From Trueperaceae bacterium (GTDB lineage: Bacteria > Deinococcota > Deinococci > Deinococcales > Trueperaceae), in NCBI GenBank assembly GCA_030147925.1, contig JASBUK010000016.1:15713-79712 (forward strand): 64,000 bases of DNA, read 5' to 3'. The translations under genes and the position numbers were made by a program. The notes beneath the pieces are model-generated. The model was not told the DNA's origin, ran no database searches, and was given only the letters and a program-made list of their open reading frames with translations. This document shows, one piece after another, positions 11,212-20,667 of the stretch. The first letter of the stretch is position 1. Each line of letters begins with the position of its first letter.

Positions 11212-11700
11212 CTAGCGGACCAGCAGCCTGACTAAAAGCGGCACAATGACAAAAAGCAAAACTACCCGAACAAAGTGAATCAGTGCAACGATAGCGGCGT
11301 TACCACCTTCGGCGGCAGCCAGTATGCTCATGCCGGTAAAGCCGCCCGGTGAAAAGCCAAAGAGTGCAGTGCTAAAGTCAATGGGACTAAAGCGCGAGAC
11401 TAAAAAAGCCAGCAGCAGCCCAACCGTTAAAAAGACAAGAGCACCCACCAGCGCCCAAAAGAGCACCAGCCCGGCATTGGACAACAGCTCGCGGTTAAAG
11501 GAAAAACCAATGCTGACACCAACGGCTATCTGTGCCCCGATTTCAAGCGAAGGGGGTAGCGGCACTTGCGTGCTGATAAGCAGATTGTAAAGACCGCTGC
11601 CAAACATAGCACCTACCGCCGCGCCACCCGGTAAACCTATGCGCTGGGCTAGCAGGCCACCGACAATACCCCAAACGGTGGCCCAAAGAATGGTTGTCAT
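11212..11700 (-). CDS. AbrB-family (putative ammonia-monooxygenase-like) integral membrane protein
   Basis: 162-aa polytopic hydrophobic protein. The family call rests on overall resemblance only. Confidence 0.45.
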   Translation of the reverse strand: MTTILWATVWGIVGGLLAQRIGLPGGAAVGAMFGSGLYNLLISTQVPLPPSLEIGAQIAVGVSIGFSFNRELLSNAGLVLFWALVGALVFLTVGLLLAFLVSRFSPIDFSTALFGFSPGGFTGMSILAAAEGGNAAIVALIHFVRVVLLFVIVPLLVRLLVR

Positions 11701-11766
11701 GGTTTTAGTTTGCCTCCTTTTAGCAGTTTTGTGTTTTGTGCCTAACGGAGATCATAAAATAAGACG

Positions 11767-13290
11767 CTAGTCAATTTCCCCGTCCTCTTCAGAATCCACC
11801 CGGCGAATTACGGTATAGCGGGCAACAAGCGTGGGCAGGAACAAGCTGGCCAGCGCCAAAATCCAAATACCGATAGCCAGCGGGCTGCTGAATAACACAG
11901 TCCAATCGCCGCCGCTAAGCGACAGCGCACGGCGCAGATTTTTTTCCATGAGTGGACCCAGCACCAAGCCTAAAATCACTGGCGCCAGCGGGAAACCCGT
12001 TTTGCGCATGGCATAGCCGACAAGGCCAAAGCCCGTCATCAGCAGCAGATCAAAAGGACTGTTGTTAACCGCGTAGACCGCGATAAAGCTAATTGCTGCA
12101 ACCGCCGGCAATAAAAACCAACGGGGGACGCTGAGAATCCTGACAAAAAGGCCTACTAAGGGCAAATTTAGCAAAAGCAGCATCAGATTGCCAATATACA
12201 TAGAGGCCACCAGACCCCAGAAAATCTGCGGATTATTGGCAATGAGCAACGGTCCTGGTGTGATATTCATGCCCAGGAGAGCGCCGAGCATGACGGCGGT
12301 GGTCCCGCTGCCAGGCACACCCAGAGTTAACAGAGGAATCATGGCGCCATTGGCGGAGGCGTTATTGGCTGATTCGGGGGCGGCTACTCCGCGAATATCG
12401 CCTCGGCCAAAGCTGTTTTGCCGATCAACAAGACGTTTTTCGGTGGTATAGGAAACAAAGCTGGCGATGGTGCCACCGGCCCCAGGCAAGACGCCGATAA
12501 AAAAGCCAATGACACTACCCCGCACCATGGTCCAGAGGGATTTTATGAATTCTCGACTCGAAATCATGACACGGCCCAGAGCAGATTTAACCTGTTGACC
12601 TTTGCTGCTTTCTTCGAGAATCTGGATAACTTCGCTGATGGCAAAAAAGCCTATGGTGACAACCACAAAATCCATGCCGTCAAAGAGTTTTAGTTCGCCA
12701 AAGGTATAGCGCGCCACGGCACTGTTGGGGTCAAGGCCGACGGTAGCCAGCATCAGGCCGAATGCCGTAGAGATGAGCGCCTTGGCGAGATTGGCGCCGG
12801 CAAGGCTGGAAAGCGTGGAAAAGGCAAAGACCATCAGTGCGAAATATTCAGCCGGCCCAAAGCGAATCGCCCACTGCGAGAGCAATGGAGCAAAGAGCAT
12901 CAAAGCAATAACGGATACTGTGCCGCCAAAAAAGGAAGCGATGGCGGACATAGCCAATGCCGGGCCTGCCCGCCCTTTTTTAGTCATGGCGTAGCCGTCG
13001 ATAGCGGTTACTACCGCCGAAGCGGTGCCTGGCACATTGAGCAAAATGGTGCTGATGGAATTACCGTACTGTGAGCCGTAGTAAATACCGGCAAACAGAA
13101 TGAGTGAGGATTCGGGCGGCAAACCGAGCGCAAAGGTAACAGGGATTAGTATGGCGATGCCATTTATTGGGCCGATGCCGGGAAGCATTCCAACCAGAGT
13201 GCCCAAAAAGACTCCGACAAAAGCCAGCAAGATGTTAATTGGTTGTAAGGCGATGGCAAAACCTTGAGCCAGCAGACTAAAGACTTCCAT
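11767..13290 (-). CDS. tctA: tripartite tricarboxylate transporter, large permease
   Basis: 507-aa polytopic protein with 'GMLPGIGP' and 'GVLPGAGGTIASF'. It sits next to tctB and tctC. Confidence 0.85.
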   Translation of the reverse strand: MEVFSLLAQGFAIALQPINILLAFVGVFLGTLVGMLPGIGPINGIAILIPVTFALGLPPESSLILFAGIYYGSQYGNSISTILLNVPGTASAVVTAIDGYAMTKKGRAGPALAMSAIASFFGGTVSVIALMLFAPLLSQWAIRFGPAEYFALMVFAFSTLSSLAGANLAKALISTAFGLMLATVGLDPNSAVARYTFGELKLFDGMDFVVVTIGFFAISEVIQILEESSKGQQVKSALGRVMISSREFIKSLWTMVRGSVIGFFIGVLPGAGGTIASFVSYTTEKRLVDRQNSFGRGDIRGVAAPESANNASANGAMIPLLTLGVPGSGTTAVMLGALLGMNITPGPLLIANNPQIFWGLVASMYIGNLMLLLLNLPLVGLFVRILSVPRWFLLPAVAAISFIAVYAVNNSPFDLLLMTGFGLVGYAMRKTGFPLAPVILGLVLGPLMEKNLRRALSLSGGDWTVLFSSPLAIGIWILALASLFLPTLVARYTVIRRVDSEEDGEID

Positions 13291-13746
13291 CTAGACCCCT
13301 AAAAAGCTAAATATTCGACCAGTGGGCAGGCCGAGCTCGAGCCCAAAGGCAAAGAGCGCATACATCACCAGGCTAAAGAGCAGCGCGGCCATAAGACTTC
13401 TTAGCGGCGGTCCCCTAAAGATCAGCGACAGCGATGCGAGCTCTAGGGTAGTGGCGAGGATAAACCCCAATGGCACCAACATATAGGCATAAGCAACAAA
13501 GCTTATGACAACAAGAATAATGCGCAGCCAGACGCTAAAGGGCGGCCAAGTGGGACCTTCGTCTGGCTTGAAGATTAAATAAAGGCTGCTAAGCCCCATA
13601 AACACCGCCAAAATAAAAGGGAAGGCTTTGGGGCCGACGGGGTCGGCAATAAAATTCACGTTGAAACTGCGGGCGGTAAGACCGTACCAACTGGCAAAGA
13701 TCAGCAGTAAAACACCGGCGATCCGGTCACTTAAGCGTTGAGACAT
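13291..13746 (-). CDS. tctB: tripartite tricarboxylate transporter, small membrane subunit
   Basis: Small four-helix membrane protein between tctC and tctA. Start moved to ATG 13746. Confidence 0.6.
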   Translation of the reverse strand: MSQRLSDRIAGVLLLIFASWYGLTARSFNVNFIADPVGPKAFPFILAVFMGLSSLYLIFKPDEGPTWPPFSVWLRIILVVISFVAYAYMLVPLGFILATTLELASLSLIFRGPPLRSLMAALLFSLVMYALFAFGLELGLPTGRIFSFLGV

Positions 13747-13845
13747 TTTCAGACTGCTTTCTGTTTTTGAAATAGATAGAAAATACAAATACCAGGGGCG
13801 AATTCGGCTCACCCCTGGCTGCTGTTCTGTTTGCTGTTAAGACCC

Positions 13846-14823
13846 TTACTGGATTAGGCCGAGGTCTGTAGAAAGCTGGCGCAAATCCTGAATTTGGGCC
13901 TTGATAAATGAATCAAATTCGTCACCTGCCCGGAAGAACTTACCGAGATTGTTTTGGGCTCGAGCTTCAGCCCATTCTTCTGAAGCTTCCAGTGTGGCCA
14001 TGGTTTCAGACCACCAGGCAAAGGCCTCGTCGGACATACCGGCGGGCACATAAAAACCACGGAAGACCAGCCACTCGACGTCGTAGCCAAGCTCCTTGGC
14101 GGTGGGTACCTCTGCCAGCGCGCCCCCGAGTCGTTCCGGGGCTAGCACTGCCAAAATACGAATATTACCGGCTTCGAGCTGACCACTGATTTCCGAGGCG
14201 TCACCCGGGAAGACCTGCACAAAACCGCCTAAAAGTGAGGTTAGTGCCTCGCCACCACCATCAAAGGGAACATAGCGAATACTGGTGGGGTCGAGTCCGG
14301 CGGCTTTAGCCAGCACCAGCACCTTCATGTGGTCTTGTCCACCGACGGCACTACCACCACCGACAGCAGCGCTAGTCGGGTCGTTGCGCCAGGCCTCGAT
14401 GAGATCATCTAATGTCATATAAGGAGAGTCTGCGGCCACGGCAATCACGCCAAAGTCGGCACCTAAAGCCCCCAACCAGCGCACATCCTCACCACTGAAA
14501 TCGCCGTATTGCCCTTGAGCAAGCCGCAAGGTGGTCGCAGGGCTGGCCGCAACGATTAAGTTGTTGTCGTCATTGCGTTGCGCCACGACATTGGCAAAGG
14601 CGACGCCGCCACCACCACCGGGCATGTTGGTTACCTTAACAGGGCGGTCAACCAGACCCAGGTCGTTTAGGAGTTTGCCAACGGAACGACAGGTAAAGTC
14701 CCAGCCGCCGCCGGGGTTGGCTGGCGCAATACACTCGACTGTGCCCGAAGGTTGGAACTGAGCCAGAGCCAAGCTCGAAAAAATAAAAGTCATAGATACC
14801 GCGAATAAAAACCGTCGCATCAA
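13846..14823 (-). CDS. tctC: tripartite tricarboxylate transporter substrate-binding protein (Bug family)
   Basis: Signal peptide, then 'NMPGGGGGVA', 325 aa. Confidence 0.85.
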   Translation of the reverse strand: MMRRFLFAVSMTFIFSSLALAQFQPSGTVECIAPANPGGGWDFTCRSVGKLLNDLGLVDRPVKVTNMPGGGGGVAFANVVAQRNDDNNLIVAASPATTLRLAQGQYGDFSGEDVRWLGALGADFGVIAVAADSPYMTLDDLIEAWRNDPTSAAVGGGSAVGGQDHMKVLVLAKAAGLDPTSIRYVPFDGGGEALTSLLGGFVQVFPGDASEISGQLEAGNIRILAVLAPERLGGALAEVPTAKELGYDVEWLVFRGFYVPAGMSDEAFAWWSETMATLEASEEWAEARAQNNLGKFFRAGDEFDSFIKAQIQDLRQLSTDLGLIQ

Positions 14824-14887
14824 AAAACACCTCCGAGTTTTGTCTTTCCCAAACAGTTTATTTTGTTTCCAAGTTTAGCGTCAAGTT

Positions 14888-15856
14888 TTAGGGTGTAAGC
14901 AGCACCTTACCGCTGCTTTTACGGCTCTCTACCAGCGCCTGGGCTTTTGCGGCTTGCTCGAGCTTAAAGCTGGCGCCAATAAGCAAGCGCAGACGCTTTT
15001 CGGCGAGAAGCTTCAAAACGGCCTCGGCGCTTTGTTGCAAAATCTCAGGATAATGTTTGCGGTAGCCGCCGCTGCTATAACCCAGTACCGCCCGGTTTTG
15101 GCTGTGTAACTGTTTGCTGTCGAACTGGGCCGCGCCCGCACCGGTGTGTCCAAAGATGACCAGGCGCCCAAAGGGTGCTAAGCAACTCATACCTTTTTCG
15201 GCGGTTTCTCCGGCTATCGAGTCAAGAATGAGGTCAGCGCCGTTGCTACTTATTTCAAGCACACGTTGGGCAAAGTCTTCCTGGCGGTAGTTGATGACCT
15301 CATCGGCACCCAGTTCGCTTACCAGGGCTTTTTTAGCCTCGCTACCCACGGTGGTTAAGACGCGCCCAGCCCCAAGAACCTTAGCTAGCTGAATGAGGCT
15401 GCTGCCTACGCCCCCGGCCCCCGCATGAATTAGCACTGTTTCGCCTTTTTGCAGCCTGCCAGCCAGTGTCAGCAGGTTGTAGGCGGTGATAAAAATGCCG
15501 ATGCCTGCACCTTGCTCAAAACTAACGGTCTCAGGCAGCAAAAAGCACAAATTTTCTTCGGCCAAGACCTTCTCGGCATAAGCGCCACCCGTAGTGTAAG
15601 CGGCTACTCTTTGCCCCAGCTTAAGACTCTGCACACCAGAACCAAGAGCCGTAATAACACCGGCGGCATCGAGACCTGGGATAAACGGGGGCTCGTAGTT
15701 TTTGTAGCCGCCCCGCCTGGCCTTGATGTCGGCAAAGTTGACGCTGGAACAGCGTGTCTCAATTACAACTTGCCCCTCGTCGGGAATCGGGTCTGTGACA
15801 CTCTCATAAACCAACTGCTCGGGACCTCCGTGATGGTGCACCACAACGGCGTTCAT
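14888..15856 (-). CDS. NADPH:quinone oxidoreductase / zeta-crystallin-type MDR
   Basis: 'VNFADIKARRGGY' and 'HAGAGGVGS' Rossmann motif. ATGA overlap with the upstream gene. Confidence 0.8.
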   Translation of the reverse strand: MNAVVVHHHGGPEQLVYESVTDPIPDEGQVVIETRCSSVNFADIKARRGGYKNYEPPFIPGLDAAGVITALGSGVQSLKLGQRVAAYTTGGAYAEKVLAEENLCFLLPETVSFEQGAGIGIFITAYNLLTLAGRLQKGETVLIHAGAGGVGSSLIQLAKVLGAGRVLTTVGSEAKKALVSELGADEVINYRQEDFAQRVLEISSNGADLILDSIAGETAEKGMSCLAPFGRLVIFGHTGAGAAQFDSKQLHSQNRAVLGYSSGGYRKHYPEILQQSAEAVLKLLAEKRLRLLIGASFKLEQAAKAQALVESRKSSGKVLLTP

Positions 15857-16962
15857 AGCTGTGCCTCCTTAAAGTAGTTTTGGACTTTGTCAATCTCGGC
15901 CAAGGTTTTGAGTTTTAGTTTTGAGAGACTATTTACATCCAAATAGCCCTGGTCAAAGCTTAGTTTGCCGTCTAAGGTATCGGCGTTTAGCTTAAGCGGA
16001 AAGCTCAGTTCGCTGGGGTGGCTGACCCCCTCTTTGCTGGCGAAAATCGCGCAGTGTAAGCTGCCTAGAGAACTGCTTGCCTGCGAACCCAGCATGACAC
16101 CCTTGCCCGCTTCTTGGGCCAGCACAAGCATTTTTGCCGATTCCGTAAAGCCCGTGCGGGCGGTTTTGATATTTAAAATATCAAAGGTATTTAGCTCGAG
16201 CTCACGGTGTAAATCCCGCAAGCTAAAACAAGAATCATCGGCAATAATCGGCATAATTTTTGCGGCGCGCAGCTCTGCTCGAGCCCTGATAAGTTCTACG
16301 GGCAAGGGCTCCTCGATATAGGCAATACCGAGTTTGGCCAGTTGCTCGAGCTCACGAGCCGCATTGTTAAGAGACAAGCCTTCGTTGGCATCGGCATAGA
16401 GAATTACTTCTGGGGCAAATTCCGTGCTCAGCGCTTCTATTACCCGGCGGTCATGTTTGGCATCCCGACCAATTTTTATCTTAAAGACCCTCACACCCTG
16501 CGCAAAGATAGTCTTGGCTTCTGCCAGCATGTTGTCTAAGTTACTGATGCCCAAAATAAAACTGACACGCAAACGTTCTTGTGGCCCCCGCTGCGCCTCA
16601 AAAAGCGTTTTGCCCTGGCTTTTGGCGCGAATTTCGCTTAAAGCTATATCCAAAGCTCCCTTAGCCGTGTGATTGTTGGGCACACGGTGCAAAGTATCAT
16701 AAATAGCATCCTCATCGGCCAGGTCTAAATTAAGCAGTCTGGGCCCCAACTCTAAAGCAATGATGGCCTCAATACTCTTGATAGTTTCACCGTAGATGCC
16801 TGGGCGCACCGGAGCCTCGGCAATGCCCGTGTGACCTTCACTGCTACTTACTTTGATCAGGACATGTTTAAGCGTTTGCAAATGGCTGGACTTACCCCAA
16901 CTGAGCTCACCCTTGATAGGGAGCATAAAGGGATGGGTTTCAATGCTGCTTATTTGCGACAC
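15853..16962 (-). CDS. enolase-superfamily enzyme, MLE subgroup (dipeptide epimerase / OSBS / N-acyl-amino-acid racemase-like)
   Basis: 'FKIKIG' KxK motif, metal ligands in 'YADANE', 'IEEP' and 'IADDS', and a second Lys in 'NIKTAR'. Confidence 0.8.
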   Translation of the reverse strand: MSQISSIETHPFMLPIKGELSWGKSSHLQTLKHVLIKVSSSEGHTGIAEAPVRPGIYGETIKSIEAIIALELGPRLLNLDLADEDAIYDTLHRVPNNHTAKGALDIALSEIRAKSQGKTLFEAQRGPQERLRVSFILGISNLDNMLAEAKTIFAQGVRVFKIKIGRDAKHDRRVIEALSTEFAPEVILYADANEGLSLNNAARELEQLAKLGIAYIEEPLPVELIRARAELRAAKIMPIIADDSCFSLRDLHRELELNTFDILNIKTARTGFTESAKMLVLAQEAGKGVMLGSQASSSLGSLHCAIFASKEGVSHPSELSFPLKLNADTLDGKLSFDQGYLDVNSLSKLKLKTLAEIDKVQNYFKEAQL

Positions 16963-16967
16963 GATTT

Positions 16968-17705
16968 TTAGAGCCAGCGCTGGATGCGCTGCACGACATA
17001 CTCAAGACTGTGCAAACTGGTATCTAAGTAGAGCAATCTGGTCTCAGCTAGAACGCATTGTAGATAATCAAGTGCGGCGGTGGCGTCGTAATTTTGCCGC
17101 TCGGTGACAATGATACGTACCGCGTCAAGCAAATCGTCTTCGCTAACCCGTCGCTGCTTGACCAGGGCGGCAAGTTCGGGCAAATCAAAGACTTTGTCGC
17201 CACCCTCAATTTGCCTTAGCGCTGCTTCTAGAGCCTCGACATTTAGCTCCGACGCTTCCACAAAGTCAAAGCTGTCACGGCGGCTGAGCAGACGCTCCAA
17301 TCTAACGGTATCGGGCGCGTCAAAAAAGATAAAGCGCGAGTTTGACAGGGTTTCCACCGCGCTTTTAACTTCTTCTAAACCCCGCAGGTTATCGAGAAGC
17401 AAGGTCTGGCTGGGCTGTCCGTCCAGCGTCGCAAGATACTGATGCAGGGCATAGACCATGCCACCGGAATGTTTGCGCCGATAGCGCCGGGTCAGCTCAA
17501 AGCGTTGCAAACGATCCTTGACGGGTTTTTCGGGCAAACCGAGTTCGCGTTGAATTTCCGGGATGATGATTTGGTCGGTCAGCTCACGCCGGTTGGGCAG
17601 CAGCCGATACTGCTCATTATCTTTTTTAAGCGCCTCGAGAGTCGTGCTTTTGCCCACCCCGGTAAGCCCAACGATGATGATAATGGGTAGATCGGATTTG
17701 CTCAT
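16968..17705 (-). CDS. P-loop NTPase/kinase-like protein, function unknown
   Basis: Walker A 'GLTGVGKST'. I recognise no further family. ATGA overlap with the aminotransferase stop. Confidence 0.5.
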   Translation of the reverse strand: MSKSDLPIIIIVGLTGVGKSTTLEALKKDNEQYRLLPNRRELTDQIIIPEIQRELGLPEKPVKDRLQRFELTRRYRRKHSGGMVYALHQYLATLDGQPSQTLLLDNLRGLEEVKSAVETLSNSRFIFFDAPDTVRLERLLSRRDSFDFVEASELNVEALEAALRQIEGGDKVFDLPELAALVKQRRVSEDDLLDAVRIIVTERQNYDATAALDYLQCVLAETRLLYLDTSLHSLEYVVQRIQRWL

Positions 17706-18895
17706 GTCTTAAAACCCTCGCGCAAATTTTGCAAGCGCTGCCCAGCTTCTTGCAGTGCTTCATCGCTCTTGCAAAACGCCAGCCTGAGCAGGTGCTTAGC
17801 AAGATGTCGATGGTCTTTACTATAAAACGCGCTTGGCGGAATGGCTGTTACCCCGACTTGTACAGGAAGCGCCTCGCACAGCGCGACATCGCCCTTAAGG
17901 TCCAGGGCAGAACTGTCAGCTATCACGAAATAACCGCCCTGGGGCACAAGCGCTTTTAATGGTGTTTGCTTTAGCGCAGCAAGCAGCGTATCGCGTTTGC
18001 CCTGGTAGAGGCGGCGCAACTTAGCATAGTAATCGTTTTTGGCAGCCTGTGTCAGCACGCTGGCCGAGGCCTCTTGTAAGGGTGTGGCGACCACAAAAGG
18101 AATCCACTGATGCGCCAGCCGGACAGCCCGGATAAGCTCTTTTGGGCCCACCGCCCAGCCGACTTTCCAGCCTGTGACCGAAAAGGTCTTGCCAATACTG
18201 GAGATGGTGATGCTACGCTCCCAGCCACCGGGTCTTTGAGCAACGGAGAGATGCGGTACAAAACTGATGTGCTCGTAGACTTCATCACTGATGATGATGG
18301 CGTTATGCTTGTGAGCCAAGCGAATGATGGCGTCAAGCTCGTCGCTGGAGAAAACCTTGCCGCTCGGGTTGTGTGGTGTGTTGAGGATGATGGCCTTGGT
18401 TTTGGCATTAAAAGCGGCGGTCAGCTCTGCTAAGTCCAGTATCCAGCGGCCCGTGACATCAGGAAGCAAGGGGACATATTTGGGCACGCCTCCAGCCATA
18501 AGCACATCCGCTGGGTAGGCGTCATAAAAAGGCTCGAGCAAAATCACTTCGTCGCCTGGGTCAATTAGCGCCTGCATGGTGGCAAAGAGTGCTTCGGTAG
18601 CTCCAACAGTGATTTGAACGTTTTCCTCAGGCTTAAGCCCCAGGCCCAAACGCGCAGACATTGTTTTTGCCACTACTTCACTGAGTGCTGGTAGGCCTGG
18701 TAACGGTGCATACTGCTGAAAAGTTGTGCTGGCCGCGCGTAGTGCCTCGAGCACGAAAGCAGGCGGCTCAAAATCAGGAAAACCCTGACCTAAATTGATG
18801 GCCTTGTGCTCCTGGGCCAGCCGCGTGTATTTGGCAAAAACCGTTTCCCCGAAGCTGGCAATGCGTTTGCTATTAAACTGTCGATGCGTACTCAT
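17702..18895 (-). CDS. class I/II PLP aminotransferase (YbdL / KAT-like)
   Basis: 'INLGQGFPDF', 'NPHNPSGKVF', and the PLP-Lys motif 'SSIGKTFSVTGWKVGW'. Confidence 0.85.
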   Translation of the reverse strand: MSTHRQFNSKRIASFGETVFAKYTRLAQEHKAINLGQGFPDFEPPAFVLEALRAASTTFQQYAPLPGLPALSEVVAKTMSARLGLGLKPEENVQITVGATEALFATMQALIDPGDEVILLEPFYDAYPADVLMAGGVPKYVPLLPDVTGRWILDLAELTAAFNAKTKAIILNTPHNPSGKVFSSDELDAIIRLAHKHNAIIISDEVYEHISFVPHLSVAQRPGGWERSITISSIGKTFSVTGWKVGWAVGPKELIRAVRLAHQWIPFVVATPLQEASASVLTQAAKNDYYAKLRRLYQGKRDTLLAALKQTPLKALVPQGGYFVIADSSALDLKGDVALCEALPVQVGVTAIPPSAFYSKDHRHLAKHLLRLAFCKSDEALQEAGQRLQNLREGFKT

Positions 18896-18916
18896 TTTAC
18901 CCTATTGAAATGTGAG

Positions 18917-18941
18917 CTACTTTGGGTTTAGACCAAAGTAG
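18917..18941 (-). terminator. hairpin just downstream of the RT gene (no U-tract)
   Basis: 9-bp inverted repeat CTACTTTGG/CCAAAGTAG with a 7-nt loop, 11 nt after the RT stop and 22 nt before the aminotransferase start. Confidence 0.35.
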
Positions 18942-18951
18942 GCTAATTTCG

Positions 18952-20667
18952 TTAAACAGCATTTGTGCCAGATGCGCCCCCGGTTCCTGCCATTCCCCCT
19001 ACACCGAACTGACTTAGGCCGATATCTATCTCTTCGTCTGTCAATTCTCTGTCACGCCTGAAAAACCTTACCTCCTTGTCTTTCAAAATTTTGAAGTAAC
19101 TGTCATTATCAAGACAAGATTTATCTAAACCAAGCCATCCCTCTAAAGCACATTCATAAAATAGCAACCAATTGTCACTATAGAGTAACCTTGCAAGCCA
19201 AGCATCATTATTTTCTCCGCTTTGACTGGCTAAATCTTTTTTCCAATCTTCAGAAGCTAGTTCAGCAATAGAACCCGAGTCGTGAAGATTAAGCGCTAAT
19301 AGTCTGACGATAGGATTTGAACTTTTTTGGATATTGAGAACCGCTTGAGTGTCGATACGAACGTCTAATACTTGGGCGAGCCACAGACCCCATGCTAGCT
19401 CAAAATCACACTGAAATGGCGTTTGCGCTAAAAAGATATTTACGGCTTCTTTGAATGTTTTTAGAGGGAATCCTTTACGTTTGTACCACACTAAAATGTC
19501 GTGAATGAGGATAATGGTATCTGGGCGCTTTAACAGAGTTTGAGACAAAACTGCTTCTAAGAATTCCCACTCCCGTGAATTACCCTCTTTAATTTCTACA
19601 TACTTGAGATTCCTGCGATTAGCATAGGGCCGAATTATTTGCAGTGCATACTTGAGCACACTACTTGTTGGTGACGATTTCTGTATTTCAAATGCTTTAG
19701 TGAAAAAGTGTCTTAACTGGTCATAAATTCTGTTTTCGAAGTTGAAAGTGGCTAATTCAAAGGTCCACGGTGTTTTAAATGGTTCAGGAAGCTCGGCAAT
19801 ATGTGTTTTTATCTCGTTAATCTGAAGATGGTATTCATTTGCAATGACATGCAATGCTTCCAAAATATCTTGGGCATGTTTTTTCTCTGTCACGTAGAAT
19901 GCCATGTCGTCAACATGTCGATATGCTTTACAGGAAAAATTGAACCCCTTTAATTTCTGCTCTAGTAAACGGTCAATTTCTGCGCCAATTATTTCTGCAA
20001 TTACTAGAGAGGTGTCGGGGCCAACTGGTATTCCTTTTGTTTCTGCCTCTTTGGTATTTCGTAGTAGTTTGTCCAATTCTTTCCCTATTCCCTGTAAATG
20101 TGATGTGGTAGGGGAACTACTGGATTTTCGGTCGGCTTTAACTTTTTCCTTTCCAATGAAGGCCCACTCAATTGAATGAGTGTAGATAGAGTTGTAGAAG
20201 GATTGCAAATCAACATGCAATACATATTTTGCACAGGCAGTATAATGGATGCGGTAGTCATCCAGATTTTTGTGTTCCTTAACAGGACGAAGATAGCGCC
20301 TACACTTTTCATCAACGATTGGTGTACTGAGTGAAATTGGTGAAGTATTCAAATGATGAGTAATGTCAATCCATTTGTCGCAAACATATTGTGTTAAATA
20401 AGCTTGGTGTACAGGGTTAGTTAAGTGTGTAAGTCTGCGTGCGTGTACACCCTTAATAATACTGTACGTTACAGGTTTACTGGATTCTCTTGGACGTTTG
20501 GGTTTCTTACTATTTGGCCACTCACCCAGAATTTTGGTGATATTTATAGTGAAGGAATCGGTCGAAAAACATGGTGGAAGCCCATTGGGAAAGTAGCCGT
20601 ATTTTAACCAAAGCTCTAAGTTGACAGAATGTGAAGCTTTTAATGATTGAGGAGGATTAGGTGGCAA
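18952..20667 (-). CDS. Abi/UG-class (defence-associated) reverse transcriptase, stand-alone
   Basis: RT motifs in order: 'IIKGVHARRLTHLTNP', 'VLHVDLQSFYNSIYTHSIEW', 'GIPVGPDTSLVIAEI', 'YRHVDDMAFY' (Asp codons 19906-19911) and 'LQINEIKT'. The C-terminal ~280 aa look helical, and the tail 'GVGGMAGTGGASGTNAV' is Gly-rich. TTG start with AAGGA 9 nt upstream. About 35% GC against ~55% in the flanks. Confidence 0.85.
   Translation of the reverse strand: MPPNPPQSLKASHSVNLELWLKYGYFPNGLPPCFSTDSFTINITKILGEWPNSKKPKRPRESSKPVTYSIIKGVHARRLTHLTNPVHQAYLTQYVCDKWIDITHHLNTSPISLSTPIVDEKCRRYLRPVKEHKNLDDYRIHYTACAKYVLHVDLQSFYNSIYTHSIEWAFIGKEKVKADRKSSSSPTTSHLQGIGKELDKLLRNTKEAETKGIPVGPDTSLVIAEIIGAEIDRLLEQKLKGFNFSCKAYRHVDDMAFYVTEKKHAQDILEALHVIANEYHLQINEIKTHIAELPEPFKTPWTFELATFNFENRIYDQLRHFFTKAFEIQKSSPTSSVLKYALQIIRPYANRRNLKYVEIKEGNSREWEFLEAVLSQTLLKRPDTIILIHDILVWYKRKGFPLKTFKEAVNIFLAQTPFQCDFELAWGLWLAQVLDVRIDTQAVLNIQKSSNPIVRLLALNLHDSGSIAELASEDWKKDLASQSGENNDAWLARLLYSDNWLLFYECALEGWLGLDKSCLDNDSYFKILKDKEVRFFRRDRELTDEEIDIGLSQFGVGGMAGTGGASGTNAV

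Noticed and set aside
18952-20667. The RT as a group II intron, retron or diversity-generating retroelement RT.
   Set aside because: There is no maturase/X or endonuclease domain, and no intron RNA domains or exon junction flanks. There is no room for msr/msd upstream (59 bp). There are no template/variable repeat pairs or target gene. The motif pattern (FYxSIYTHSIxW, HVDD) fits the Abi/UG class instead.
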